Part shown: one piece after another, positions 15,020-26,469 of the stretch
How the letters are laid out: every line of letters starts with the position of its first letter
Position numbering within the stretch: the stretch's first letter is position 1
Assembly (NCBI RefSeq): GCF_009914755.1
Contig: NC_060926.1
Direction: 5' to 3' (one strand)
Source of the DNA: the human T2T-CHM13v2.0 reference genome, Homo sapiens
DNA: 64,000 bases
The notes under the pieces: generated by a model
The model's database searches: none
Seen by the model: only the letters and a program-made list of their open reading frames with translations
What the model was told of the DNA's origin: nothing
Program-made: the position numbers and the translations under genes

Positions 15020-15480
15020 AGGCCGCACACAGCTTCCGCCCTCAGGAAGCCAGGGACAGCGCCAGGCGGGACGCTTTGCGCAGCTGCAGGCCTCCCCCGC
15101 CGCATTCGGCCTTCAAGCCCGCACATGCTCCCTGGGGCCCCTGCGGGATTACGAGGGGGTGGGAACAGGGCCCGAGTCTCCCGCCATCTTGGGCCCTAGC
15201 GGTATTTTTCCAGCTCTGGGAAGAGCGGCCTGACCCGCAGCAGAGATTCTTGGTAAACCCCAGCTCCGTTTATGTATGGTTAGCCTGCTCTAGGTACTAT
15301 TGGTTTCCATGGTACTTCCCCACTTTTCTCCTCCGACCTACAGGGGCTTTGGCCTCCCAGGGGCGGGCTGCGATCTGAAGTCTGTTGTGGGATCTTCAGC
15401 TGCTTCTGTTCTCCCTACCTCTAATGGCGGCGGCGGCTCAGATTCAGCCCTCCCACCCGGGAGCAGCAGCCCTTCCTCGA
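15020..15480 (+). promoter_or_regulatory. TDRD15: CpG-rich promoter of TDRD15
   Basis: Only non-repeat GC/CpG-dense segment in the window (roughly 25 CpGs in ~460 bp); YY1 motif CCGCCATCTTG at 15181-15191; E2F-type GCGGGA/TCCCGC cores at 15066, 15143 and 15179; lies upstream of the inferred exon chain. Confidence 0.8.
15170..15252 (+). other. TDRD15: TDRD15 exon 1 (non-coding; start approximate)
   Basis: Inside the CpG-rich segment; donor-like TTG|GTAAAC at 15253. TSS and donor choice are inferred (alternative donor TAG|GTACTA at 15294). Confidence 0.5.
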
Positions 15481-15533
15481 AAAATGCAGTTATCAGAGAT
15501 GGGAGCACCCAGCACATGGGGTCAATGATGGCT

Positions 15534-16728
15534 GATCCTAATGCCAGGCTGTGTGTGAGTGTGAGAGAGACCCTAATGCCAGGGTGTGTATGACACAGTG
15601 ATCCTAATGCCAGGGTGTGTGAGTGTGAGAGAAACCCTAATGTCAGGGTGTGTGTGTGTGACAGAGTGATCCTAATGCCAGGGTGTGTGTGTGTGTGTGT
15701 GTGACAGAGTGATCCTAATGCCAGGGTGTGTGTGTGTGAGAGAAACCCTAATGTCAGGTTGTGTGTGTGTGACAGAGTGATCCTAATGCCAGGGTGTGTG
15801 TGTGTGAGAGAAACCCTAATGTCAGGGTGTGTGTGTGTGACAGAGTGATCCTAATGCCAGGGTGTGTGTATGTGTGACAGAGTGATCCTAATGCCAGGGT
15901 GCGTGTGTGTGTGTGTGACAGAGTGATCCTAATGCCAGGGTGTGTGTGCGTGTGTGTGTGTGTGACAGGGTGATCCTAATGCCAGGGTATGTGTGTGTGT
16001 GACAGAGTGATCCTAATGCCAGGGTGTGTGTGTGTGTGTGTGTGACAGAGTGATCCTAATGCCAGAGTGTGTGTGTATGTGAGAAACCCTAATGTCAGGG
16101 TGTGTGAGTGTGAGAGAGACCCTGTCAGGTTGTGTGTGAGAGAGACCCTAATGCCAGGGTGTGTGAGCATGACTGAGAGATCCTAATATTGTGTGTGAGT
16201 GTGAGAGAAATCCTAATGTCAGGGTGTGTGTGTGAGAGAGACCCTAATGTCAGGGTGTGTGAGTGTGAGAGAGACCCTAATGTCAGGGTGTGTGAGTGTG
16301 AGACCCTAATGCCAGGGTGTGTGTTAGAGAAATCCTAATGTCAGGGTGTGTGTGTGAGAGAGAAATCCTAATGTCAGGGTGTGTGTGAATGTGAGAGAAA
16401 TCTTAATTTTAGGATGTGTGTGTGAGGGAGAGATCCCAATGCCAGGTTGTGTGTGAGAGAAATCCTAGTTCTAGCGTCTTGTGTGAGAGAGAGCGATCCT
16501 AATGCCAGGGTATGTGTGAGAAAGAGATTGTAATGCCATGGTGTGTGTTTGAATTAGATTCTAAGCTAGGGTGTGTGTGAGTGTGCGAGATATAATGCTA
16601 GGGTTGTGTTAGGAAGAGATCCGAATGCCAGGGTGTGTGTGTGTGTGTGTGTGAGTGTGAGAGATCCTAATGCCAAGTTGTGTGTGAGTTGTTGCGTGTG
16701 TGTGTGTGCGTGAGAGAGAGAGTGAGTT
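15534..16728 (+). repeat. Composite minisatellite/VNTR: ~34 units of [GAT/AAC]CCTAATGYCAGG + (GT)n + GACAGAGT/(GA)n
   Basis: Units counted by eye; ~30-45 bp each, homogeneous at the 5' side and increasingly degenerate at the 3' side. Confidence 0.95.
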
Positions 16729-17204
16729 AGTGTAGACCAAAAGACATAAAGAGAGTTAGGGTGTGGAGGTGTTTTTCCGAAGAAATTTATTTTTGATGAG
16801 TCACTTAATTGTTGTACCACTTTGGTATACATTCAATTTTTCTAACCTTTTGAAATTAACAAGAAGTATAAGCTCTTTACAGCATGTCAGCTAAAGCAGA
16901 GGGTGAAGTGAATTACCTTTTACCCTCTGGAACTCTTTTTCCAGTTCCATCTCCTAATTTATTTGTTTGATACATACCCGTCACACTTTCCTCTATTTGT
17001 ATATGAACACATATTCATGTATACACGTAAGATATCATTTTAGTACCTTTTTTATATTACTCTGACCTCCTCCCAAATTGTACAGGATTCTTAAGACCTA
17101 TTCATCAGAGCCAATAGAAATTTTTTATTAGTAATTACAAATATTAAAATAAGTCCTCTGTGAATTATTCTGTTCCTCCATTAATGAACATTCAGGTTGT
17201 GCAT

Positions 17205-17240
17205 GTGTGTGTGTATGTGTGTGTGTGTGTGTCTGTGTGT
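17205..17240 (+). repeat. (GT)n microsatellite
   Basis: Interrupted GT dinucleotide run. Confidence 0.9.
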
Positions 17241-17570
17241 CTTACAGCTTTAGTGAAGTATATCTGAGATATAACAAACTACACATATTTGAAGTGTACA
17301 ATTTGACATTTGACACATGTATACTCTATGAAACCACTATAAACGACATCGTAAGCATATCCATCACCTTCAAAGGTTTCCTTTGGTCCCACTCGAACCT
17401 GCGCTCCCCTTATCCAAGTCAATCACTGATCTTTCTGTTACTATAGATTAAATGGCATTTTCTAGGATGTTATACAAATGGACTCATAAAATGTGTATTC
17501 TGCCTCTTTGTGTTTCAGCATAATTACTTCGAGAATCATCCATGTTTTTATGAGTATCAGTGTTTCATTC

Positions 17571-17846
17571 TTTTTTTTTTTTCTTTGAGACGGAGTTTCC
17601 CTCTTGTTGCCCAGGCTGTAGTGCAATAGTGGGACCTCGTCTCGCCGCAATCTCTGCCTCCCGGGTTCAAGCGATTCTCCTTCCTCAGGCTCCCGAGTAG
17701 CTGGCATTACAGGCATGCGTCACCACGTCCGGCTAATTTTGTATTTTTAGTAGAGACGGGGTTTCTCTGTGTTGGTCAGGCTGATCTTGAACTCCCGACC
17801 TCAGGTGATCCGCCTGCCTTGGCCTCCCAAAGTGCTGGGGTTACAG
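17571..17846 (-). mobile_element. AluSp/Sq-like
   Basis: gagtttccctcttgttgcccagg and gtttctctgtgttggtcagg diagnostics; 5' truncated. Confidence 0.92.
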
Positions 17847-18803
17847 CATTCCTTTTTATTGTTGGATAGTTTCCATTTTATGCGTTACGACTATTGTATT
17901 GTTCCATTGTTTATTGTGTTGACAAACATTTGGGTTGTTTTGTTTTTGGCTCTTACAAGTAAACTTGCTGTGAACAGTCTCCTACAAGTTTTTGTATGGA
18001 CATATACTTTCATTTATCTTGAGTAAATACTCGGAAGTGGAATGACTGGGTCATGTGGAAGGCATATGGTATATATTTAACTTTTAAAGAAGCTTCCAAA
18101 CTGTTCTCCAAGTGTTTCTATCGTTTTACAGTTCTTTCTGAAGTCTGTGACCGTTGCAGTTATTCTATACCCTCACCAGTGTTTGGTACGGTTGCCCTTT
18201 AATTTCAGCCATTCTAGTGGATGTGAAGTATTATCTTAGTGCGATTTAATTTGCATTTTCTTGATAACAATGATATTAAGCATCTTTTTCAAATGCGAAT
18301 TTTCCATCAATAAATCTTCTTTGGTAAAGTGGCTGCTAAATCTTTTACCTATTTTTAAATTGGATTTTTTTTTTATTATTGAGTTGTAAAAGTTCTTTAT
18401 ATATTTTAGAGACAGGTTCTAGGCTATATGTTTTGTAAGTATTTTCTCACTCTCTCAGGCTTGCCTTTAGTCTTTTTATTGTGTCTTTGGAGGAGCAAAA
18501 TATTTTAATTTTGATAAACTTTGATGTATTGATTTTGTCCCTCTTTAGCAGTTTGAATTTTTTGTGTCCTATTTAAGATGTCTTTGCCACGTCAAGGTAC
18601 CTATGATTTTCTGTTTTTTTCTGAGAAGTTTTATACATTTAGTTCTTATATGTGGGTTTATATTCCATTTAGAATAAATTTTTGCATATGGTCAGTTTTT
18701 TTCCCTCTTTTAAGCGTATGGCTATCCAGCTGTTACAGCATCATTTGTCGAATTGCTGGCACCTTGGTTGAAAATCATTTTATCTTTTATTGACTTTATC
18801 TAG

Positions 18804-18914
18804 GTCTTATTTCTGCATTCTGATCTGTTCCAGTGAATTATATTTCCACACCAGTACTACACCAGTACCACAGTGTCTTGAGTGCTGTAACTTTATAATT
18901 AGTCTTAAACTCAG
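18804..18914 (+). other. TDRD15: TDRD15 exon 2 (5' UTR, 111 nt, within antisense L1)
   Basis: Pyrimidine-rich acceptor ...tttatcTAG| at 18803; strong donor CAG|GTAAGC at 18915; contains no ATG. Confidence 0.7.
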
Positions 18915-19504
18915 GTAAGCATAAGTTCTCAAATTTTAATCTTTTTCAGTTTATTTTTTTATAACCTATTTAGACCGTTCTGTTCCTTTGCATTTCCATA
19001 AAAGGTTTAGAATCGCGTTTGAATTTCTACCAAAATGCATCCCAGGATTTTGATTGGGATTATGTCAGTTCTGTAGGTGACTTTGGGGAGAATTGATACC
19101 TTAAAATTAATTTACATCATCTTTAATTTCTCTTAGCAGTGTTTTATAGTTTTAATTTTGTAAGTGTTTCAACAAACATCTTTCAGTATGTATTCTTATA
19201 TTCATAAGGATAGATTACCAAGAGTAATCTTGGTATCAAAAGATGTGAGGACTTCAAGATTAATGGTACTATAAGTTTACATGACAAAAATATTATAAGA
19301 ATTTATTCTCTTACCTGGAACCTATGAACTTTCATTCTCCACGTATTTGTTTGTTCTGGATATAATCATTCATTTATGTTTTTCCTAATACAGTACATGG
19401 AAGAGGAATTTTCATTCTTCTTTCCCCCATACTAGTGATATGGAACATATTTTTATGTTAAGGATGCTTTTTATCTATATTCCATGTTATGGTTTTTTTT
19501 TTAA

Positions 19505-19824
<320 letters not shown>

Positions 19825-20146
19825 TGTATTCTTTTCTGTATAGCAATTTTAGCATATATGTACTTAACTGTGTTCTTCATTCCTTTTATGGTTTTTGGGT
19901 TTCTATCTTTCTTAAGATTGTCCACCTTATCCTAAAATATTTCAAATGTTTTTCTAAATTTTCTTCTAACTTTATGGCATTTTGAAAAGAATTTTGTTTC
20001 TTTTTTTTTTTTTCTTCACTGTCAGAGAAGAAATGTATGGCCATTTATAGAGAAATTCGAAGTGGAAAAATCAGAAGGAAAAATCACTGTCACTTAATAT
20101 AATCCATGGGAAAACAAGTGTTTTCTTTAAAAAATGTTATTGTTAT

Positions 20147-20317
20147 TTATTTTTTTTTTGACAGAGTCTTGCTCTGTCTACCAGGCTGGAGTGCAGTGGC
20201 AGGATCTTGGCTCACTGCAATCTCTGTTCCCCAGGGTCGAGCCATCCTCCCACCTTAGCCTCCTAAGTAGCTGGGACCAGAGGTGCACGTTACCATGCCC
20301 CACTAATTTTTGTATTT
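20147..20317 (-). mobile_element. Partial old Alu (right arm, AluJ/FRAM-like)
   Basis: Single diverged Alu monomer after a T-rich tract. Confidence 0.8.
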
Positions 20318-20984
20318 ATGGCATTGTGTTTCTCTTTCAACAGTTGATGAAATTTGGGTAGTTTTCACTTTTAGTTGTTAGGAATAATGCTACTAAGAAT
20401 GGTCCTGTCCAAATTTTTGTGTGGATGTGTTTTCAGTTTTCTTTGGTCTATATCTAGTAATGGAATTGCTGTTTTAACTTTCTGAGGAATCACCAAACTT
20501 TTTGAAAATGGCTGTACCGTTTTACAGGTGCAGATTGCAGGAGGGTTCTAATTTGTCTACATTCTTGCTAACGCTTGTAATTGTTTGGTTTTTAAAATAC
20601 AGTCATCCTAGTGTGTCTGAAGTGGCATTTCATTGCAGTTTGTTTTCCTAGTGACTAATGATGTTGACTATCTTTTTATATGCTTATTGGCCTTTTATGT
20701 ATCTTTTCTGAAGAAATATGTAGTCAAATCCATTGCCTGTTTTTAGATTGCATTGTCTTTCCATTGTTAAGTTTGGGATCTTTACATATATTGTGCATTA
20801 AGCCCCTTATCAGATAGGTGATTTGCAGATATTTTCTGCCATTTTCAGGGTTGACTTTTCACTTTTCTGATGGGTCCTTTGGAGTACAAGTTTTTTTTAA
20901 ACTTTGATGGTCCAATTGATCTGTTTTTTTTATCTTTTGTTACTTGTGCTTTTGGAACCATATTTAAGAAGCCATTGCCTAACA

Positions 20985-21373
20985 CATCTTGATATGTTTT
21001 CTGTTCCTTATAGCAATACCTGAAACTGGGTAATATATAAAGAAAAGGAATTTATTTCTTACAGTTATGGAGACTGAGAAGTCCAGGGTCAAGGGGCCAC
21101 CTCTGGTGAGAGCCACCTTGCTAGTGGGGACTCTGCAGGTCCTGAGGTGGTACAGGGCATCACGTGGACAGGGGGTGAGCATGCTAGTTCAAGTCCTTCC
21201 TCTTCTTATAAAACCACCAATCCTACTCCCTGATAACCCGATAACCCATGAATGGATTAATTAATTCATAAGGACAGTACCCTCCTGACCTATTCACCCC
21301 TATTAAATGTCCCACATCTCAATGATTAAGTTGCAATGTGAGTTTTGGAGGGGACAAACATTTAAACCATAGT
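20985..21373 (-). mobile_element. MaLR LTR (MST family)
   Basis: aatacctgaaactgggtaatatataaagaaaaggaatttatttcttacagttatggagactgagaagtcc...gagttttggaggggacaaacatttaaaccatag. Confidence 0.85.
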
Positions 21374-21465
21374 AGTCATGAAGATTTATTTCAAAATTTT
21401 TAAGGAATTGACAGCTTTAGTTCTTACCCATAGGTTTTTTATCCATTTTCAGTTGCTTTTTGTGC

Positions 21466-21761
21466 AGATGCTTCTCAACTTACAATGAGATTAAATCTTG
21501 ATAAACTCATTGTAAATTGAAAATACTGTAAGCTGAAGATGCATTTAATGCTGGCAACAAAAGAGATGGTCCCTGACTTACCATGATTCAACTTAGGATT
21601 TTCAATTTTACAGTAGTGCGGAAGCAATACACATTCACTAGAAACTGTACCTCCTTTTTAAGTTGTGAGGAGCTTTTAGATTTCTATGGGGTTATATCCC
21701 CCAAAATTCCTTGTAAAGCTGAAAAATCTGAAGTCGAACCATCGTAAGTCTGAGAACATCT
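21466..21761. mobile_element. MER47-type Tigger DNA transposon (non-autonomous)
   Basis: Inverted termini cagatgcttctcaacttac / gtaagtctgagaacatct; internal gatggtccctgacttac segment as in MER47B. Confidence 0.75.
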
Positions 21762-21884
21762 TGTGTATATTGTGTGAGGTCGGGGTCTGACTTCATTCTT
21801 TTGCATGTGGGTATCCATTTTTTTTTCAGGACCATTTATTGAAAATATTATTTCCCCGTGAATAAACTTGGCATCTTGTCAATG

Positions 21885-23124
21885 TTTACCTTTTTCAGTG
21901 TGTTAATGTTGACACTGATGGTGCAAAAGCAATGGTGGATAAAACTGCTGGCACCTCGCTGTGAATCAAGGCAATGGCACCAAACTATTGGTAGTCATTG
22001 TATTATTTACTACCAAACACTTGCAATAAAAAAGGTGGCAGTTTCACTTTAAAATGTCCTTGATCTAGCAGTAAAAATGAATGATATTAAAGCATGATCC
22101 TTGAAAATATGTCTTTTTAATATTCCATGTGGTGAAATGGGAGGTACTCATAAAATCACTTCTGTTGATACTGAACTGTGCAGATCGACTCTAGGAAAAG
22201 CATTTGATGTAACTAGTTGAGTTGCAAACCAGTGTAGCAAACTGAGTCAGATTTGGGTACTTTGCACATTGAAGCAAGCTCCTCACTTTAAGGAAAACAA
22301 CTGACAGTATCTGTCAATGATAAAATCCAAGTTTTAAAGCAAAAATTAGAAAAGTCAGGAAAGTTATGTCTGCCATTTTGAGTTTGATGGTATCCCCAAA
22401 TTTGATGACTTTTCTGATGAGATTGCTGGTGATACCAATCAGTTTTGTTTGGGGATGTTAGGTAATGTAATATGTCGACATATGGAAGATCTGTACATCT
22501 AACCAATATTTTCAAATTAATCCATGTGATATCTTATAAAATCATGCATATTTAAAAATTTCAAAGTACAAGATAGGTAGGCCAGTGGATTTTAAGATAA
22601 TACAAAAAGTTCCCTTATGATTTTATATTCCACATTGTAAACTAACTTCGAAGAAACTACTACTCATTGAGTTGTTGTGCATATCAAAGAACGTCTTCAG
22701 TTATATGAAAAAGCTTTTAACGTTCTCCTTCCTTCTCCAACTACGTATCTGTGTATAGCTAGCTTTTCTTCACATCCTTCACCCAGAATAGCCTATTGCA
22801 ACACATTGAATGTAGAAGCAGATATGAGAATCCAGCTTAATTTCTATTAAGCAGACATTGAAGAGATTTGTAAAAATTACAAAACCATGTCACTTTTCAC
22901 TAATTTTTTGGTTTTAAGAAATATAACCATCTCTCATGAAAATATCTGTGTTTTTAGTGGGTTTAGTATTTTTAAATGAATTAAATATATTTTAAATTTC
23001 TATTTTTATTTCTAAAATGATAAACGTTGGTAGATATAAGTTACATAAATGAAAACTCTTTGAGATCTTCAGTGATTTATAGGACTATAAATGTGTCCTG
23101 AGAACAAAGGTTTGAGAACCACTA
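21885..23124 (+). mobile_element. Charlie1-family hAT transposon remnant
   Basis: Degenerate transposase reading TDGAKAMVDKTAG; terminus aggtttgagaaccact. Confidence 0.8.
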
Positions 23125-23169
23125 GTTTAATATAACTTTTTTGTTGCTTTTGGTAGAGAGGGTAGGGAG

Positions 23170-23810
23170 GGGCTAGGGACTATTAAGTTTGTGGGAGGTT
23201 ACAGTTTTAATTAGAGTAGTCAGGGAATGCGTCACCTAGAAGGGGATCTTCTGACCAAAACTTGGAGGAAGTGACGAAGCAAGCTGTGCTCTGACAGCAG
23301 TTAAGCCCAAAGCCCAGAGGTGAAAAGATTCACGCAATGTCAAGGGAGGAATTGCAGCTTCAGTGTAATAAGTGATGGGAGTGTAATAGGAAATAAGGTA
23401 ATAGAAAACACGGGAGGTTTTGGTGGTGGTGGTGGTGGTGATGGTTAGCTCTGTCGGACTTCATAAAGCCATTTTTGATGGCTTTAGTTTTCACTCAGTG
23501 AAATTAGAAGCCACTGATTTTTTTTTTCTCTCTTAGCATATTGTATCTTATATTTTAAAAAGATCACTCTGGTTACAATGCTAAGAATATTCACAGGTTG
23601 GGATGGGGTGGAGTTAAGGCTAAAAGACTAGTGAGGAAGGTAGTATTACAGATGACAGGGGAAGATAGTTTAGGCCAGGATTGTGGCAGCAGAATTGCAA
23701 GTGTCAGATTTTTATATGCTCTGGAGATGAACCCAGTAGAATTTCCTGGTGGATTGTGAGGGGAATGATAGTGGGGTCATGGATGATGAAGATATTTGGC
23801 TTGAGAAAAT
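23170..23810 (-). mobile_element. L2 fragment
   Basis: tagagtagtcagggaa and ttttaaaaagatcactctgg motifs; purine-rich plus strand. Confidence 0.65.
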
Positions 23811-24045
23811 CCTTCATGCAGTAAATTAAATTGATTTTAATGTTGTTTATAGCTTCATTTTTTGCCTATAGTTAACAAAATTAATATATTAAAAAAATTT
23901 TATGACCTCTGGGTTTTGTCTTCTAAAAGATGTCTCCCTTAGTAAGATTAGAAAAATATTCTTGTATTTTCTTCTAATTCTTTTAGATAGTTTTAATAAA
24001 TTAGTTCTTTTATCTACCTGGTATTTATTTTTGCTCTCACTAAAG

Positions 24046-24273
24046 CAGAGTTTCTCAGATTCAGAACTGTTGACATATTGGGCTGAATAATTCTTTGTTT
24101 GTGGAAGAATGTGCTCTGCTGTGCATTATAGGATATTCAGCGGCATCCCTGGCTTCTACCCACTAGATATTGGTAGCACTCACTTCCTACCTCAGTTAAG
24201 ACAACTAAATGTATTTCCAGATGCCCCCAGATGTTCCCTTGGGGAAAAAATTGCTCCTAGTTGTGAACTTCAG
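24046..24273. mobile_element. MER20 hAT element
   Basis: ttgacatattgggctgaataattctttgtt...cagcggcatccctggcttctacccactagat. Confidence 0.85.
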
Positions 24274-24961
24274 TAAAGAATGTTAAAAAAAATGAAGCCC
24301 TGATTCTGAAATATGCATACTCAAATAGTATATCCAGTTTTATTTTCATCACATCAGTGTCATTAACAAGGTGAATCTAGAGACTATTCTGAATATGTGG
24401 AAAAGATGGGAGGAGGAAAACCAAAGCACAGATGCTTCAACTTGCAGTCTTTTGGAACATAGTGACCTTGCCAGAATACTGGCCAAAGTTTGAGCAGAAT
24501 GACCTTAAATTTTGAAAAAGGAAGAATTATTAAGCAGATTCTGTCCCAGAATGGTGCTTTGCTTGTTTGTTTTTGTGGGTTTTTTTCTTTTGTATTTGCA
24601 TCTTTCATTTTTATTTTGGCTCTTGTCCATGATTATGTACTTTAGTTGAAACAACAGTGTAAAGCAGTGGAAATGAAATAATGTACATAGTGAACTGGAC
24701 TGATAATCAGAAAACCTAATCAGAAACCTAAATCTCTTTTTAGATTTCAATTTTGATCAATTTCGGTTTCAGTTGATCTTCAGTTCTGTGGTCCGAAAAA
24801 TGAAGGATCTTATTGTGAAGATCAGTTAAACTAGTGTACTAAAACCTTTAAAAAATTTAAAGCATTATAAGGAGTTATTAATACAAGGAACTATTATTTT
24901 ACCTGCTTTAAGATTTTTGACAAAATTTATATTTAAAACTTAAAATTGTATCATAGTTCTA

Positions 24962-25268
24962 GACCTGTACATTGAAATACTGTAGTCACTAACCACATAT
25001 AGCTATTGAGCATTTGAAATATGGTTAGTCCAAATTGAGATGTATGCTAAGTGTAAAATGTACACCATAGTTTGAAGACTTAGTATTAAAAAGAAATCAA
25101 ATATCATAATATTATGTTGATTACATGTTGAAATGATAATAGTTTGGATGTATTGAGTTAAAGTAGATTATGAAAGTTAATTTCATTTGTCTCTTTAATT
25201 ACTTTTAAATGGTGTTACTGGATTACTTTATATATATGGCTCAATTGTGTTTCTAGTGGACTTTACTG
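24962..25268. mobile_element. MER33-like hAT element
   Basis: gctattgagcatttgaaat...ttgattacatgttgaaatgataat. Confidence 0.75.
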
Positions 25269-25964
25269 GTCTGGACTTGTTTGATGTTAATTTATAGAAG
25301 ATAAACTCCAATGAGTGCCATTATCTATAATATATATTCTATAGAATCAGGGAATTTTAGTATAGAAAGGGTTTTCTCTATCAATTTTAATAGTATTTGT
25401 AGATTATATTTTCCTCAAACCTCAGGGGAACTGTGATGCTGTGTATTTTTTATTTAGATTTAATTCAGGTGTTTGGGAACTTTGGATTTAAATTTGATTT
25501 TTTAAAATATAATTTTTATATAAAACATTCAAATATTATATACTAAATTTAAAAGCAGAAAAGAGCACTAGTTAGTGCCATTAGATTAACTCATTGATTA
25601 TTTAAGTTGTGGCTATCCCATATTTTTGTTTGACTCTGTGTTGGATCATGTATGATTTTGGAAGCAGGTAGACTGTTCCATATTTGTGAGCCTGATTTTC
25701 CCGATACTGTGCTATCAAACATCATAATAAGTCAAATTATATGATAAGGCTGCTATCGGCTTGTTTTTAATAGAATAACTTTATTAGTCTCATTTACTGA
25801 CTTCAAAATTTTATAAATGTATGAAATTGTTAGAACACTAATGAATCCATTTTATAGGTATTTTGATTTTTGCAAAAAAATCTTTTGCATTTTACATTTT
25901 AAGATTTCTGCTGCAGAAAAATAGTTTGAAAAATCCTAATTTAATTAAACTTTTCATTTTACAG

Positions 25965-26050
25965 ATTTAGAGTCTGATTCTAAGGAAAAATAGTTTCCCA
26001 AATTTCACACAATTAATTGAGTACTGATATCTGAATCCTGTGTATACAGT
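25965..26050 (+). other. TDRD15: TDRD15 exon 3 (5' UTR, 86 nt, MIR-like)
   Basis: Acceptor ttttcattttACAG| at 25964; canonical donor |GTAAGT at 26051; contains no ATG. Confidence 0.7.
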
Positions 26051-26169
26051 GTAAGTACTTTCTGTGATATAATAGTCTTCTAAGGATTATCATATTTGAA
26101 TAAGGGTTGGATCTAGAACATCTTGATTTAAATTATGTCTTTAAAGTAATACATTTGTTCATTGTGTAA

Positions 26170-26445
26170 AATAATTAGTTTAGTTTTAAATTTTATATAT
26201 AAATTGTATTTATATATAAATTGTGTATAATTATATTTATACACAATTTATATATATAAATAATTATATTTATATATAAACAATTAGTTTAGTTCTAAAT
26301 TTTATATATAATATAAAATATATTATGTATTAAATATTATATATTTATATAATATATTTTATATATAAGATATAATAAAAAGATATATACATATTTTTAT
26401 ATATATAAATATCTATAATAAAAAAGATGTGTATATATACACCTG
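26170..26445. repeat. AT-rich low-complexity tract with internal palindrome
   Basis: (TA)-rich; 20-bp perfect inverted repeat at 26211-26230 / 26237-26256. Confidence 0.85.
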
Positions 26446-26469
26446 AATTTTCTTTGAATTATTTTCATT

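Larger units (their letters stand above)
17245..19160 (-). mobile_element. L1MB-like 3' portion, interrupted by an Alu
   Basis: cagctttagtgaagtata...aagtgtacaatt 3'-end signature followed by antisense L1 3' UTR/ORF2 motifs (ggaagtggaatgactgggtcatgtgg, ttgcattttcttgataacaatgat). Confidence 0.8.
20320..21880 (-). mobile_element. L1MB-like fragment interrupted by MST and MER47 insertions
   Basis: Antisense L1 ORF2-end motifs continue on both sides of the inserts (aagaagccattgcctaa...agtcatgaagattt; cttcattcttttgcatgtgg). Confidence 0.7.

Noticed and set aside
14726-15492. MYB-type TAACTG/CAGTTA hexamers (A-MYB control)
   Set aside because: Only isolated 6-mers several hundred bp from the inferred TSS; expected by chance.
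14797-15593. Overlapping ORFs of 65-193 aa across the promoter
   Set aside because: Expected in GC-rich sequence; no recognisable domain; they overlap in several frames.
15534-16728. Repeat-spacer pattern resembling a CRISPR array, and CCCTAA telomere-like hexamers
   Set aside because: Spacers are simple (GT)n rather than unique sequence, there are no cas genes, and the DNA is human; CCCTAA occurs singly per unit, not in tandem.
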